Of a stretch of DNA of 64,000 bases, positions 38,243-50,890 are shown piece by piece. This DNA comes from Octopus vulgaris. Its lineage: Eukaryota. Below the pieces are notes generated by a model, which was not told where the DNA came from, searched no databases, and was given only the letters and a program-made list of their open reading frames with translations. The translations under genes were made by a program, and so were the position numbers. Location: positions 79,174,001-79,238,000 of the forward strand of contig OX597815.1 in NCBI GenBank assembly GCA_951406725.2, written 5' to 3'. Numbering within the stretch: the first letter of the stretch is position 1; each line of letters starts with the position of its first letter.

Positions 38243-41200
38243 AAAACACATACACTCATGTACATTCATACATACATGAATGTATATATGTGTGTGTAAG
38301 TTATAAAGGAAGAATAACAACATTATATAACATTAGTTGTTTTGTTTGTATGCATGTAAACATGTTTTTATGTGTGTGTAAAATTTCAGAGTATGGGGAA
38401 ATTCTTTTCAGAATGGCAATAAGAAATAAGAATTCTAACAATGTTAGAATATATATATTACATTTTACCAACAAAATAGCTATAATCAAGAACTGAAATC
38501 AAATCAGGCTGTGGGCCTAACTTAGATTAAAGTCAGGCTTATCAGTCATCTAACTTCCCTATGACACTCCCCGCTTAATAAAAACCAATCTTATGTATAC
38601 ATGAGATCTTACATTCACAGAGAAACTTGGGAGAGGTTGTGATGTTTATGTCTTTCCTTTCAACAATTTTATTTATTTACTTATCTAATTTTTACAATGT
38701 AACTGAAACAGTTCCAAGTGGATCGAGGACCCTTCTTGCTTGGCGAAAAAACCCTCTTCTATGGCAGTACCAATAATAATTTATATATAGATCTTTTAGT
38801 ATCTGATCATAATTTCATATTCCCATTAACTAGGTTCATTCAGTGGATTGTGACCATTTGCGGTGAACATATAGTTAGAATCATTAACGAAAAGTAAAAT
38901 ATTTTACTTTTAGTAAATGAATCTAACTATAATTATGTTCACCAGGTATTTTGTTCATTGAAAGAGAAATGAATTTTGTCACAATATTGATTCATGTTAC
39001 TTTTTTAATTTTTTATGAAGGACTTATTCATTCAACAAAGTAGATAACTAAATAAAAGCCATTAGGAGAGGGATTTTCAACCATTTTTTATTCATGGACC
39101 CCTTTTGATTACTATCTTATACTGGTGAATCCCCATAGCCATTTGATGTTTGAAAACTAGTTTTATAGAAACTTTTTTCCAAATTAGTTTTTCACACATT
39201 AACTTGTGCAGGTTGAAGACATTAGACAAAGAAACCTGGCTGTTTCTTGCAGTATATACCAACACATACATCTAAAGCAAAATTTTTTCAGAGGGCTCTT
39301 AAAATACTACTGTGGATCCTCAATTTACTATTTTGTTATGTGGACCCAGCCAAAATCTTATATGGAACCTCAGGAGCCATATGGTTCCTGATTGAGAACC
39401 ATTGCATTAGAGTAAAACTTCAATATGATAAAGATGCTTGCATTTAGGGCTCTGAAAGTGAAACTCCAACCTAACCCCAACATAGCAAGCTCAGCTTCTA
39501 TATGATTGTTGAGTTCATTTTCAATGCTAGTCCCAGGAGCCTGCCATGCAAAGGATATTACAGCACAATGCTGGAGTATCTGCAGAATAAGCAACTAAGG
39601 CTGAACAAGAAAATAGCAGTCAAATGAATGAAACTGGCTGGTCACTGCTAGAGACACAGTAGTCAACACATGGGCATCAAAAAAAAAGGCACACCACAAA
39701 CTTATCATTAAACATCTGTTTTGGATACCCTTCCTAATGCCAACCACTTTACAGAGTGTGCTGTTCCTCTCTCATATGCCATTGGTACAGGTGTGTTTAT
39801 ACAGTACCAGCATGGGTGCATTTTATGTGGTACTGGCACCTGAAAGGACAAACCTGTATGTATGGAGGACAGCAATTTTACTTAGCTTGATGCATCTTTT
39901 CAAATACAGCAAATCACCACAACTCCAGGTCCTTCGTCATTTCCTCAGTGAGGCCCAGCATCCAAAGATCCTTTCTCACCACTTCATTCTACATCTTCCT
40001 AGGTCTACCTCTTTCATGCAGCAATGGAAACTATTAATGGGTTAGCAAGATGTATGGGGGAGAGATGACCATTAGAAAGCTTATCTGACAATCTAAAACT
40101 CTTCAAAAAACTTATGACTATCAACAATAGCTTCCCAGCGTCACCCTTTCGAGAACCTTGTCTCTCAAACATCATTCAGGCTTCTATCTTGTTGTATACT
40201 TTTTTCTTAACATCACTCTATATCTCTCTAAATTGTTTGCCATGGATTTTCTCTCATAATGTAGGATATTCAAAATATATCCAGACACTTGTACTCAACA
40301 ATTACAATCAGTTAACATATTCACCACAAATCAAATGTTTGTAACATAATATGACTACTTAAACCAACAATAATATGAGGTTAGAAATTAAGTGCTGACT
40401 ATTACTGATGAACAAAGGCAAAGTTAATGAGCCACTATGGCTGTGAGATTAAAGTGCTGACCACGCAGTCATAAATGGAAAGATTATTACTGTCATATAT
40501 GCTTTCATCTACTTCATTCAAAGCTATACCACACCTTTATTTATTTATTTATTTAATTTTTGAGCTGGGAGGGAAGGGCAGTGCCCATGACCAGTGAGTT
40601 TGATACCGATTTCAGGTGGTTTTTAAGCTAGCTGCTGCGGAGGGCTCTTCTTTTGGGCCTTGGGCCCAACAATGAAACTTCATGCATTGAATACATATTA
40701 AATTTTATCAAACTTGAACAATATCTTTCAAACAATGAACAATTTTCATTAAAACAATGACATAGTTTGTCAACTTGGAACTTATTGCAAAGCTGCAGGA
40801 TAAACAACAGTACCACCACCATCTCCTCCATATACACCATTCAGACTTCTGACGCCACCACCTCTGTCTTTCACATTGCTTACTCTCACCGTCATCCCTG
40901 TCACCTTGGCTACCACCACCACCACCATCATCATCACTGCTACCTCTGCCTCTATCACAATAACAGCTCATACTATTACTATCACCCCATTACCATCAGT
41001 GTTCAGTCCCTCTTTCTTTCTTTCTTTCTTATTATTACTCCCACTGCCATCATCAACACTACTACTTTTAATAAAGAATCAACTTTCCCTAAATTTTATT
41101 GTCTCTCTTTCTCTCCTTCTCTTTTTCATACTTTCTCTCTCTGTCTTCGCCATTGCCCTGACTGTCTTTATGCTTACTATTACTCTCACCCCAGCATGAG

Positions 41201-41509
41201 GAATAGTAAAGTGTCATTAAACAGAGAGAGTGGGGTCAAAGTGTGACACACTGGCACACAAATTAGTTTTTGCATTTATTATATTAGATTTAAGAAAAAA
41301 ATTCCTTTTCATCATCATCATCATTTATTGTCCATGCTCCATGCTGGCTTGAGTTGGACAGTTTCACAGGATACAATGTGTCCAAGAGCTGCATCATGCT
41401 CCAATACAGTCCTTGGCAACATCAGATCCCGTCATCAAAATAGAAAAGTGCTTTTATAAAGCATAAGTACTGAGCTCTTCATAATAATAAGAAAAAACAT
41501 TCCAAGAAT

Positions 41510-41733
41510 ACCTATTTTTTTACTACCCACAAGGGGCTAAACACAGAGGGGACAAACAAGGACAGACAAATGGATTAAGTCGATTACATCGACCCCAGTG
41601 TGTAACTGGTACTTATTTAATCGACCCAGAAAGGATGAAAGGCAAAATCGACCTCGGCGGAATTTGAACTCAGAACGTAACGGCAGACGAAATACGGCTA
41701 CGCATTTCGCCCGGCGTGCTAACGTTTCTGCCG
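41510..41733 (-). mobile_element. SINE family C, young copy
   Basis: CpG-intact; minus strand ttcatcctttctgggtcgattaaataagtaccag central domain. Confidence 0.85.
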
Positions 41734-42539
41734 AACACAGTTAGGTGAAGGAATGGCTTCCAACTGGTCAATCTTTAGTTCAGTGCATTCTGAAGGTGAG
41801 AGTGAAAAGGGACACCTGTAACTCAATCTGAAAAACCTGCATAAACAGGCCTTTCAAAAAAGTTTTCAAATATCATTAGGTAAAGAAGAAGAATCCACAG
41901 CACATCTCTTGTGCACCCCAAATTTACAGTGGATACACAGTATAGAATTTTTACCAAATCCTTCTCTGTATATGAAGCTTGGTCATTTTTTAGATAGCAG
42001 AAAAATTCCATGTTCATTCTTACTAAGACTTTTTGTCTTTGCTAGGTTTTAATTTTAGACCTCTTAATTATAAACTCAAGAACTTCTGTAGTTATTGCAC
42101 TTAGGAGAGGACACCCCTCACTTGTCATTACACAATCCTTTAACTGCATGCCATCTATGCTAACCCTACTTCAATGCCCTTTTGTTATTTTGGTCCATCA
42201 TCTTGATGTGTGTGTGTGTGGAAAATAGACGTAGAACGAATATGTACATAATTTATAGGCATTGACTTGGAAGATTTGTTGGCAGTGGCTTGTCCAAAAG
42301 TTTAAGTAATCAACTGCTAATAAAACTTTGATGTCACTCTCAACAAATTATAATAGCAGATTAACATATGTACGAGTCCTTTATCCAGTTAAAATTTTTT
42401 TTTTTATGCATTTAAAAACACCTGGCCTCTTTTTCTGAATATCCCATACAGAGTTTCAAACAACCACAATGGTGAAAGGATATTCGCGATATAACTGGAA
42501 CCAAGTTGATATAACCGTTGACGATACGACTGGAACCAA

Positions 42540-42740
42540 AAGGCGGCGAGCTGGCGGAAACGTTAGCACGCCAGGCGAAGTGGTTAGCGGTATTTCGTCT
42601 TTGTTTACGTTCTGAGTTCAACTTTGCCTTTCATCCTTGCGGCGTCGATAAATTAAGTACCAGTTGCGTACTGGGGATCGATCTAATCGACTGGCTCCTC
42701 CACCAAAATTTTGGGCCTTGTGCCTAGAGTAGAAAAGGTA
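42540..42740 (+). mobile_element. SINE family C
   Basis: aaggcggcgagctggcggaaacgttagcacgcc head; flanking ctggaaccaa duplication. Confidence 0.8.
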
Positions 42741-43562
42741 TGGCTGGAACCAAGTTGATATATCAACAATCTGCACGTTGCTCAGCACATTGTTTCTTTA
42801 CTGTTAAATTGGCTACAGTAAAGAATACGCACACCCGGGTGATTAGGATTTTTGTTACGCCGAAAACGGGTAGTATAAGTATTCTTTACCTCCGCCGTTA
42901 AATATGGATTTATTTTTGTTTGGGAACAAGACTCAGAATTATAGAAGAGTAAGAAAGCGTGAAAATAAGATCATTTTCCAGTTTTACGGAAACTCGGATG
43001 TAAACACATGTCAACAAAAGCAATTTTACGCTGACGCTCGACTTGCTACAAATCTCCCACTCTATTGTCTTAGAAAGCTAACGATGTGTTGGATAAGAAG
43101 GGTCCTGCAGTTTTGCAGCATGGGCACGCAGCACAAGCTGCCTGGGGACTGCTGGGGTCTATAATGTATTATGACTTGGGCCGATGACTAAAATTGTTTG
43201 TTCACAGTCGAAAAGTATCATCTGGATCGGAGTTCACCTAAAGCTTTTAAAACAATGCTTGCATATATATATATATAGGCGGTATTTTTGAGGGGGGAAA
43301 AAGGCGGGGTAGGGGTGCTTACACCTGACTTTCGCCTTTAAATATATAGATTGAATACCCTGCGTGTTAACACAGGATCTCCTAACGACAATGTAAACTT
43401 CATGTAATCAAGGTATCCTTAGCCTGAAGAGAAGCTTTCGGTCTACCCCTCGTTTGGATAATTTTTATTTCCGAGCTTACGCATAAAATGCACACGAAGA
43501 ATGAAGATAAATTAACAATAAAAATCGGAAGGAATAAAGATAAAATTGTTTTTTCTACTTAC

Positions 43563-43658
43563 AGCCGAAGTAGTGAAGTCCCCATTCCTGGTATTGTTGT
43601 CTCCAGCAAAAGTATCGCAGCTCGATAAAACACACGATTTACGCTTGAGATCGTACAT
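43563..43658 (-). CDS. C10orf143: Host gene coding exon 1 (MYDLKRKSCVLSSCDTFAGDNNTRNGDFTTSA), C10orf143/DUF5533-like small protein
   Basis: ATG at 43658-43656, 32 open codons, then a perfect donor GTAAGT (plus-strand acttac 43557-43562). Joins exon 2 in phase 0 to give LKRK...SAKKQR. Lies at the CpG-rich boundary. Confidence 0.75.
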
Positions 43659-43659
43659 A

Positions 43660-44600
43660 TTGGTAACTGTGTTAATATTATTAAAAATATCGATTAAAAG
43701 ATTCTTAACAAAACATGCGTGGGTCCTCTAACAGTTCTGGGTATGAAGAAATATAAGCGAGATGGTATTTAAGTAGTGAACATAAATAGAAATATTTATA
43801 TATGTACAACAGGTGTATTTCTTTGTTTTAGAGTTGTTAAGAAAAAGTATCCTCAGTTTGAATTTATATATCTTGCTGGTAAAACATTAGGGATAAAGAT
43901 TTCTGTTTGCACGAATGGTGTTAATGATAATAAAAATATAAAAGTTTACACAATAGCTATTATTAACGAAGCATCGATCAAACCTGTAACCGAATGAATG
44001 TTACTGGTAAAGAGGAGAAAATGTAAACAAAGGATACGATCAGCGTCCCTTTTAAACTCAGCACATAAAAATTAAAATAATAAAAATAGCAACTAAAGTA
44101 GATTTAAAACCTCGGCAACTGTAGAAACCGAAACCACTTGCTTTGTTTACTATACGGGCGGTTGCTTATTTGAGAAAAGTACGCTGGGATTTTATAGTGT
44201 TCGTGTGTGAAAAGGGGTTAGATGTTATTAATTTAGTTAAAAGCAAAATAAATGCCAGTTAATCAAGTTATTGATTGATATATATGCCGTATTGTTGTAT
44301 TTGACTTGTAAAAAATATAGCAAGACTCGAGGACTAAGCTAAAAACGTGCATCTATCTCTAACAAGCGTAGCAGTTAATGCATTGATCATCCAGCTACAG
44401 AAAAGTAGAACAAATAATTAACAGCGACTCGGCTTGGTTTATATATTAAAAAATGCTACCGCGACACCTGGTGGATTGGCGTGAAAATGGAGTGGGGAGA
44501 TAACTAGACAAGTTGTAAGAGAAACAGGATATTCACATTTTCGCGCGCGCGATTGTGTGTGTATTTTTAGACTGTGGTTCTTTATTATGTATGAATGTAG
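43660..44600 (-). promoter_or_regulatory. Probable 5'UTR/promoter region of the host gene
   Basis: Upstream of coding exon 1; CpG-retaining sequence with a cgcgcgcgcg run (44542-44551) and ATTGG (CCAAT) at about 44475. Confidence 0.35.
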
Positions 44601-45399
44601 AACTGCCCATATATTTACACACGCCTGCGCAAATACACACACGCATATATTTACACATACATAGATTGTGTGTGTGTGTATGTGTAGTATGTACAACTTC
44701 ATATCATCATTATCATCATCAACGTCATCATTGTTTTAACGTCTACATTTCCATGACTGCATGGGTCAGACAAAATTCGTTGATTTCTTTTCTGTTTTTT
44801 GTTTTTTTTTGCCACCTGTTGTTCTTCCTGTCTGTAACTCGCACCTATTTCCAAGGAGGGTAACTATTTTTTCCTTAGTCCGGACAGTTTTCGTAGGAGA
44901 CTGGGCGGAATTCTGTTTTGCGCACGCATATAGCCCCTCATAATATATATTTTTTTTTGGAATTTTCAGAAAATCTTTACGAATTTGTGTTCTACACTCG
45001 TGAATTCATGACTCTGCAAAAACTAAAAAGGAAAAAAAATCGTGTAATTTAAGGAGAATTTAGTTGTTACTTTTTTTAGCACATTTCACAACCACCTCAT
45101 ACCGTCCTCGTTTGTTTGTCACTCCGACATATTGATGTTTTTCAATATCTATCGCCCCATAAACACATTTAATAGTCTATTGCTGGGATTTAAGCCAAAA
45201 ATTCGGAGAGTCCGTATTAAAAAAAAAAAAAATTCGAAGCAATAAATTTTTTTTTTAATTCGAAAACTTTAAAAAATTTTCCTTATTTCGTTTGTCACTG
45301 TTATTTATAAAATATTTAATCTCAGTTACTTTTGTATGAATAAACGAGTGTATCTGAAGCATGTTTACTTCATGACACCACCATAATCGTTCGTGCTTC

Positions 45400-45750
45400 A
45401 TTTTTCATTTTTTTCCGTAACTCTAACCCTAGCCCTAAAACCCTAACCTTAAAACCTTAAAGCTAAAACCAGTACAAACGCACGAACGATGTCATAAATA
45501 ACAGTGACAAACGAAAAAGACACCGCCGATAGTTGTTGTTGACAAACCACTGCAGTAATTTTATTCAGCTGAATACACGTCATTGATTGGTTGAAATTAC
45601 CGAAATACGACAACATTAACACGAAATAACTTCCAAAATACAGAATTTACAAGAGTAAAAGATGTTTTATGTGACACATTCTACCAGTTTGAAGGTGTTT
45701 AGTTACAAAAAATTATTTTTTAAATCTGTTGGTCAAAAGGTAAAGATCCC
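45400..45750. mobile_element. DNA-transposon right end (GGTAAAGATCCC) with a TAACCC-like tract
   Basis: 45565-45750 is reverse-complementary to 50686-50890. Confidence 0.6.
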
Positions 45751-46147
45751 CGAAAAATTCGAAACATTAAAAAAAAAAATTCCCCTTTTTTATAGTCGTG
45801 TGAATTCCCGTGTGTACGTAAAACAGAAGTCCACCGAAGATTGCATACAAACGACACCGTTTGTACGACGGCGACATTTGTTTTCTATTAGCGTGAGATG
45901 ACAAGATAAGGTAATACACTCATATGCACACGTTCATGCACACACACGCGCATGCACTCTCATGCACACACTACGCACGTGCGCGTGCATACGATACATT
46001 TTTGATTTTTTAGCAGTGATCATAATGGATCTATAGTAGAAAATACTTGCTTAATGTGTCGCACAATAAATGGCTGGCAGTTTAAGACGTTTGTTTTGAA
46101 ATCATATGGTTTCGTGTTCAGTCGCACAGCATGATGCATATAGGGAG

Positions 46148-46300
46148 CATTAGCGTAGCTGGAGGGGGCGGTAGGGGCGGTCCACCCCGGGCGGCACTTT
46201 TAAAGGGACGACACTTTCCATCATGTTGTAGGCTTTTGCTGTAGGCAATATATGATTTTTGTGGGGTTCGGGGGCGGCACAAACTCTAGCTACGCTAGTG
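46148..46300. mobile_element. hAT-like MITE
   Basis: TIRs CATTAGCGTAGCT / AGCTACGCTAGTG; relatives at 51440-51578 and 14955-15090. Confidence 0.65.
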
Positions 46301-46779
46301 GTAGCAAGTGCTTTCTACCTCAAAAAAAAAAAAAAAAAAAGCCGTTGAGTGTATGTGTGTGGAGAGAGAGTGAGGGCGGGGAGAAAAGAGCGAGAGAGGA
46401 AGGGGAAGAGAAATAGAGAGAGGGGAAGGGAAAGAGAGAGAGAGACAGTCAACGGATGAGATCCAGAGATGTTCAATATCGAAAACATTTATCAGCGCAC
46501 AAATATTTTGAATTTACACTTCGAAATCTTTACCGAGGACTGCGCCCGCGGGGTAAAGAATGGCTTTAAGAGGAATCCAGGTGAACAGATATGGAGATAA
46601 TGATATGAATAAACAAATAAAACTGCTTGGTTTAGATATACAAAATATACATACACAGAGAGAAGACGAAAACCGAAAATATCAGACCATGAATATTTAT
46701 GTATGAATCTCTAATAGAATATAAGGATAAAAATCACGTTAATTTTCTTTCACTAGCCCGCTTTCAACCATATGTATAT

Positions 46780-47640
46780 ATATATCTGGAGTTTTTGGTA
46801 GTTTTTTTTTTTAAGGTATCGGCACTTCAGGTATGCTGGAGATAGGTCGTTTTCGCCCTTGCTCTTTTAATATGATTGTATAAATATATAGATGTTTTTA
46901 TATTGACAGAGTAAATTTACACAGAGTACTAAGACACAAAAATTAAGGGGAGAAGAAATGGTGTTACAGGTCCGACAGCTGTTTGTGGGAGCTCGGAATT
47001 ACTTCATAATGTTGGCAGATGTAGTTCGCAAAAAAATCAAGGATATGCAACCAGTAGTGGAAGCATATGGACATTAGGTCGGTCCGATCTCCATCTTCAG
47101 GATAGAGAGATAGGTATCTAACATTTCAAATTATAATGCGAGGAAATTTAAAGGTAGAGTGAGTGAAGTGGAAAGCAAACAGAGGAACGCCCTTAATAAC
47201 ATTCGAATTAAAAATATATATATATACTGAATCACCAATGTCCGTCTGATCGATACCTGAAATTCCAGGGTATCATCGAATGAATACAATTATACGCTTG
47301 ATTTATTTTGATTACTTATGCAATGGGCAAAATCACTAACTTGGAATGGGTGAATTTTCTTAATGCTTTTTGTGTTGTTCTTCGCTAGTGCTTCTGTAGC
47401 ATAGTCACTCGTTAAATACTTAGAAGATTTGGGTTGATAAGCTTTGATTGTGTGAGATGGACTAATCTAGCAAATTAATGACTTCCACTTCTGATAATAA
47501 AATTTCGTAAACATGAATGATTTTTTTTTTTCATATTACGGTTTTAATTTCAATTACTTAAAAGCTATTTTCAGTTCACCACTCCGAATGTAATAAGGCG
47601 AAATTCTAATTGTGAGTGAATTTTAGCAAATCAGACTTGT
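46780..47640 (-). mobile_element. Penelope-like 3' remnant with a degenerate long-stem-II hammerhead (46971-47103)
   Basis: CTGAAGA-tGGAGaTCGGA...TCCGAgCTCCca-CAAAC-agct-GTC-gga. Confidence 0.5.
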
Positions 47641-49265
47641 GGTGTTCTTTTGTAAGCAGTCTGAGATGCTTACATGAATAGCAGTATAGTCTCGTAGGAA
47701 TGTGCTATAATGGTAACGTAGGCTGAGCTGTGTTCAATTTGAAGTAACAATCAAACACTAAATCTCAAGATGTCAACTCGAGGCTCACCAGAATATGAAT
47801 ACTGGAATAATAGTGAAAACCAATAAGTGCATCCACCGAATTATCACAATTTGTAGTTACCTACATTCAAATCTGATATGAGCATCACATAGACTGACTT
47901 CCAATAACATTATGTGCCATCTCAGTACATACCAGCCGGGTTTTTAAATTAAATAGACCGAATATAAATATTAAACAATAAGATGGATAATATAGTAAGA
48001 CATATTGCGCAAGACTTGAAGAACAAAAACAATAAAACCCACGGGAATATATATAACATTTAGTTCCACTTTGTAAGGAAGAGATAGAAGGAAATTCAAG
48101 GCTTTGGGCAGTGGTACTTCATCAAAAACAGCAGAGGAAAAAACGACGAAAAGAAACAGAAAGATCTGTGAAGGCTGGGCAACATTTCGTTGCTTCCATA
48201 AAATATTATTTTTCTTGTGCTATTCCTTACGAGGGACCACTATCCGAAACGTCAAACTATCTTCTGCTTCCTCATCATAGCACAAAATTTACAATATATT
48301 CTTGTTTCCTTTAATATTTTTATTTTGTGTATTGTGCGGATGAGTGTGCGAGCATATTTATGCGCGCGCGTTTCTAAGGTCGTCTCAAGTAGCTTACTCG
48401 CTGGTGCACATCTCAGATCAGATTACTCTGGAGTCAACTTATTATTTGAATATGTGATCGGTTCCTAAACAAAACTGTCTCAACGAAGAATTTTCCTAAA
48501 TTAGCCAAATATAAACATTTTGGAATATGAAAGCAACGGTCGGTACATTAACCAATCAAGGGCTCATCGTTGCCTATGAATATCATTGACCCTTCACCAG
48601 GAAAATTTCACGTTCTCTTGACGTGTTGACTCCTCTTCTCTCCTCTAATCAATGTTCCAGCGTTTGGTGAAAGGTACGGGTGGGAAAGATTTCCCAGCAT
48701 ATCCCGTATTTTTATCTTCCCCAATTCGTGACTCAGTACTCTAGCTAGCGCGAGATTTTGAGACGCTTATCTTTACCATCTACATCCAAATGAGCACATG
48801 CAGAATTAATGTAGTGTTTGGGGATAATACGTAATCATTGTCTCTCTACTTCCTACAAAGCAAGTTAAAATCATTATGAAAGTGTGTCAATCAAAGAATA
48901 ACGCCTAATTCAACTGGACAATTTCCCATTCTTCTTTCAAACATATATGGACTCTAGTCCAATTTGGAGCGCATACATTTCGTTCAACCAAAGTACAAAT
49001 CTCTCAACCCTTATCTATAGTCCATCTATTTGCTAAAATTCACTCACAATTAGAATTTCGCCTTATTACATTCGGAGTGGTGAACTGAAAATAGCTTTTA
49101 AGTAATTGAAATTAAAACCCTAATATGAAAAAAAAAATCATTCATGTTTACGAAATTTTATTATCAGAAGTGGAAGTCATTAATTTGCTAGATTAGTTTC
49201 GCTGAGGGGGTCCAGTAATACTGATATATGACCGCAGTTGACCACATGTATGTATGCATGCATAC

Positions 49266-49268
<3 letters not shown>

Positions 49269-49335
<67 letters not shown>
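49269..49335. repeat. (CA)n microsatellite, representative of many (TA)n/(CA)n/(CAT)n tracts (e.g. 6805-6876, 13066-13141, 21915-21972, 36753-36805, 54590-54666)
   Basis: Directly visible. Confidence 0.95.
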
Positions 49336-49337
<2 letters not shown>

Positions 49338-50373
49338 TAATATTTACCTTATCAATTTCACCCGCATACACACGCTATGCAGATACTTGCAGAAACTACC
49401 AATCTTGCTTAAACCTCAATACTTATAAATACTACCAATATTACTTAAGCCTCAGTCAGTAGAGGTTCAGAAAGAGAGTGCATACTATGTAACGTCTGTA
49501 AATATTTTCATACAACATAGACTTGTCTGCTATTTGTTTACATTCATTTCCGTGTTTTGGTTTGTTTCCTGCAATATTTTAATCCTTTTTAAAAAGTTCT
49601 TTAGCTTTATAATTTATTTTGGTTTTCGTTATACACAAAGTATTAGGATCTGTCAAATCGATTACACCCTTTCTCAAAATCTGTGATCTCTTGCCTAATG
49701 TTAGAAATCCTTCTTGCAACCGACATTCTCAAATCCAGTTTTTCTTATAATGTGAGTATGTCGCTTTAGTTTCTCACGAAATTTTACCTTGTTTAAGTTC
49801 ATTCGCAACAGTTAGTTGTCCACCTATTCACTTCAACTCCCATCTAAGACAGTGTTCGAGAGGAAGCATACCACTAATTCTTTGTCTAGTTGACCGACAT
49901 CTTTGCAACTTGTTTTGTTAGCGAAAAACTGTCGACGTAACGGCCTGTAAAAGTACATAATATTTGCCAATCAAATAGATTTGTTGTTTGGATTTTATAT
50001 AATACCGCCAAAGTTTTTCGCAAGTTTATCCTGCTTATGCCAAACAATAGTTTGTCTAAATATAGTTACCAAATTCAGTACGGGTAATGTCAAAGTTCAA
50101 TGCACCAAATAAGTGAAGAATTAAATGGATTAACTCCCATAAAAGCACTTTCAGTTGACAGATTTGGATTGTTAGAGATTTAATTACATTGTTTACTTAA
50201 AATTAGAAGGTGAAATTCCATCTGTAGGAATAATTTATTACGTGACAAGGTTAACAAGGTTGCTTTCGGTACCAAACAACTTGGTTTACAAAGTTAGGTA
50301 CGGTAATAGTTGTCAAGTCTGCGTATCGATATTTAAAAATTATTTATTATATCAGGGTTTTAAAAATTTCGTG

Positions 50374-50685
50374 AGGCGGCGAGCTGGCAGAAACGTTAGC
50401 ACGCCGGGCGAAATGCGTAGCCGTATTTCATCTGCCGTTACGTTCTGAGTTCAAATTCCGCCGAGGTTGACTTTGCCTTACATCCTTTCGGGGTCGATAA
50501 ATAAAGTACCATTTTCGCACTGGGGTCGATGTAATCGACTTAATCCGTTTGTCTGTCCTTGTTTGTCCCTTATGGGTAGTAAAGAAATAGGTATTCCATC
50601 CGTCGTTACCTTCCGAGTTCAAATCCCGTCGAGACTGAATTTTTTTTTCCGCCTTTCATCCTATTGGGGTCGATTAATAAATTAA
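50374..50685 (+). mobile_element. SINE family C plus a partial second copy
   Basis: aggcggcgagctggcagaaacgttagcacgccgggcgaaatgcg; CpG-intact. Confidence 0.85.
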
Positions 50686-50890
50686 GGGATCTTTACCCTT
50701 TGAACGGCAGATCGAGAAATTAATTTTTTGTAACTAAACACTTTCAAACTTCGGACACTGGTAGAATGTGTCATATAAAACATCTTTTACACTTAGTGTT
50801 GTTGAGAAAAGTTTATATTTTCAAAGTTATTTCGTGTTAAAGTTGTCGTAGTTCGGTAATTTTAACCAATTAATGACGTGTATTCAGCTG
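50686..50890. mobile_element. DNA-transposon left end (GGGATCTTTACC)
   Basis: Same family as 45565-45750. Confidence 0.6.

Noticed and set aside
40767-41246. His/Thr-rich 159-aa ORF
   Set aside because: Low-complexity (CAC/CAT/TAC)n and pyrimidine tracts.
45418-45470. Interstitial telomere (TAACCC-like)
   Set aside because: Short, degenerate and internal to a DNA-transposon end.
45565-50890. Single 5-kb transposon bounded by these inverted repeats
   Set aside because: The termini face each other (a right end followed by a left end), so they are two separate fragments.
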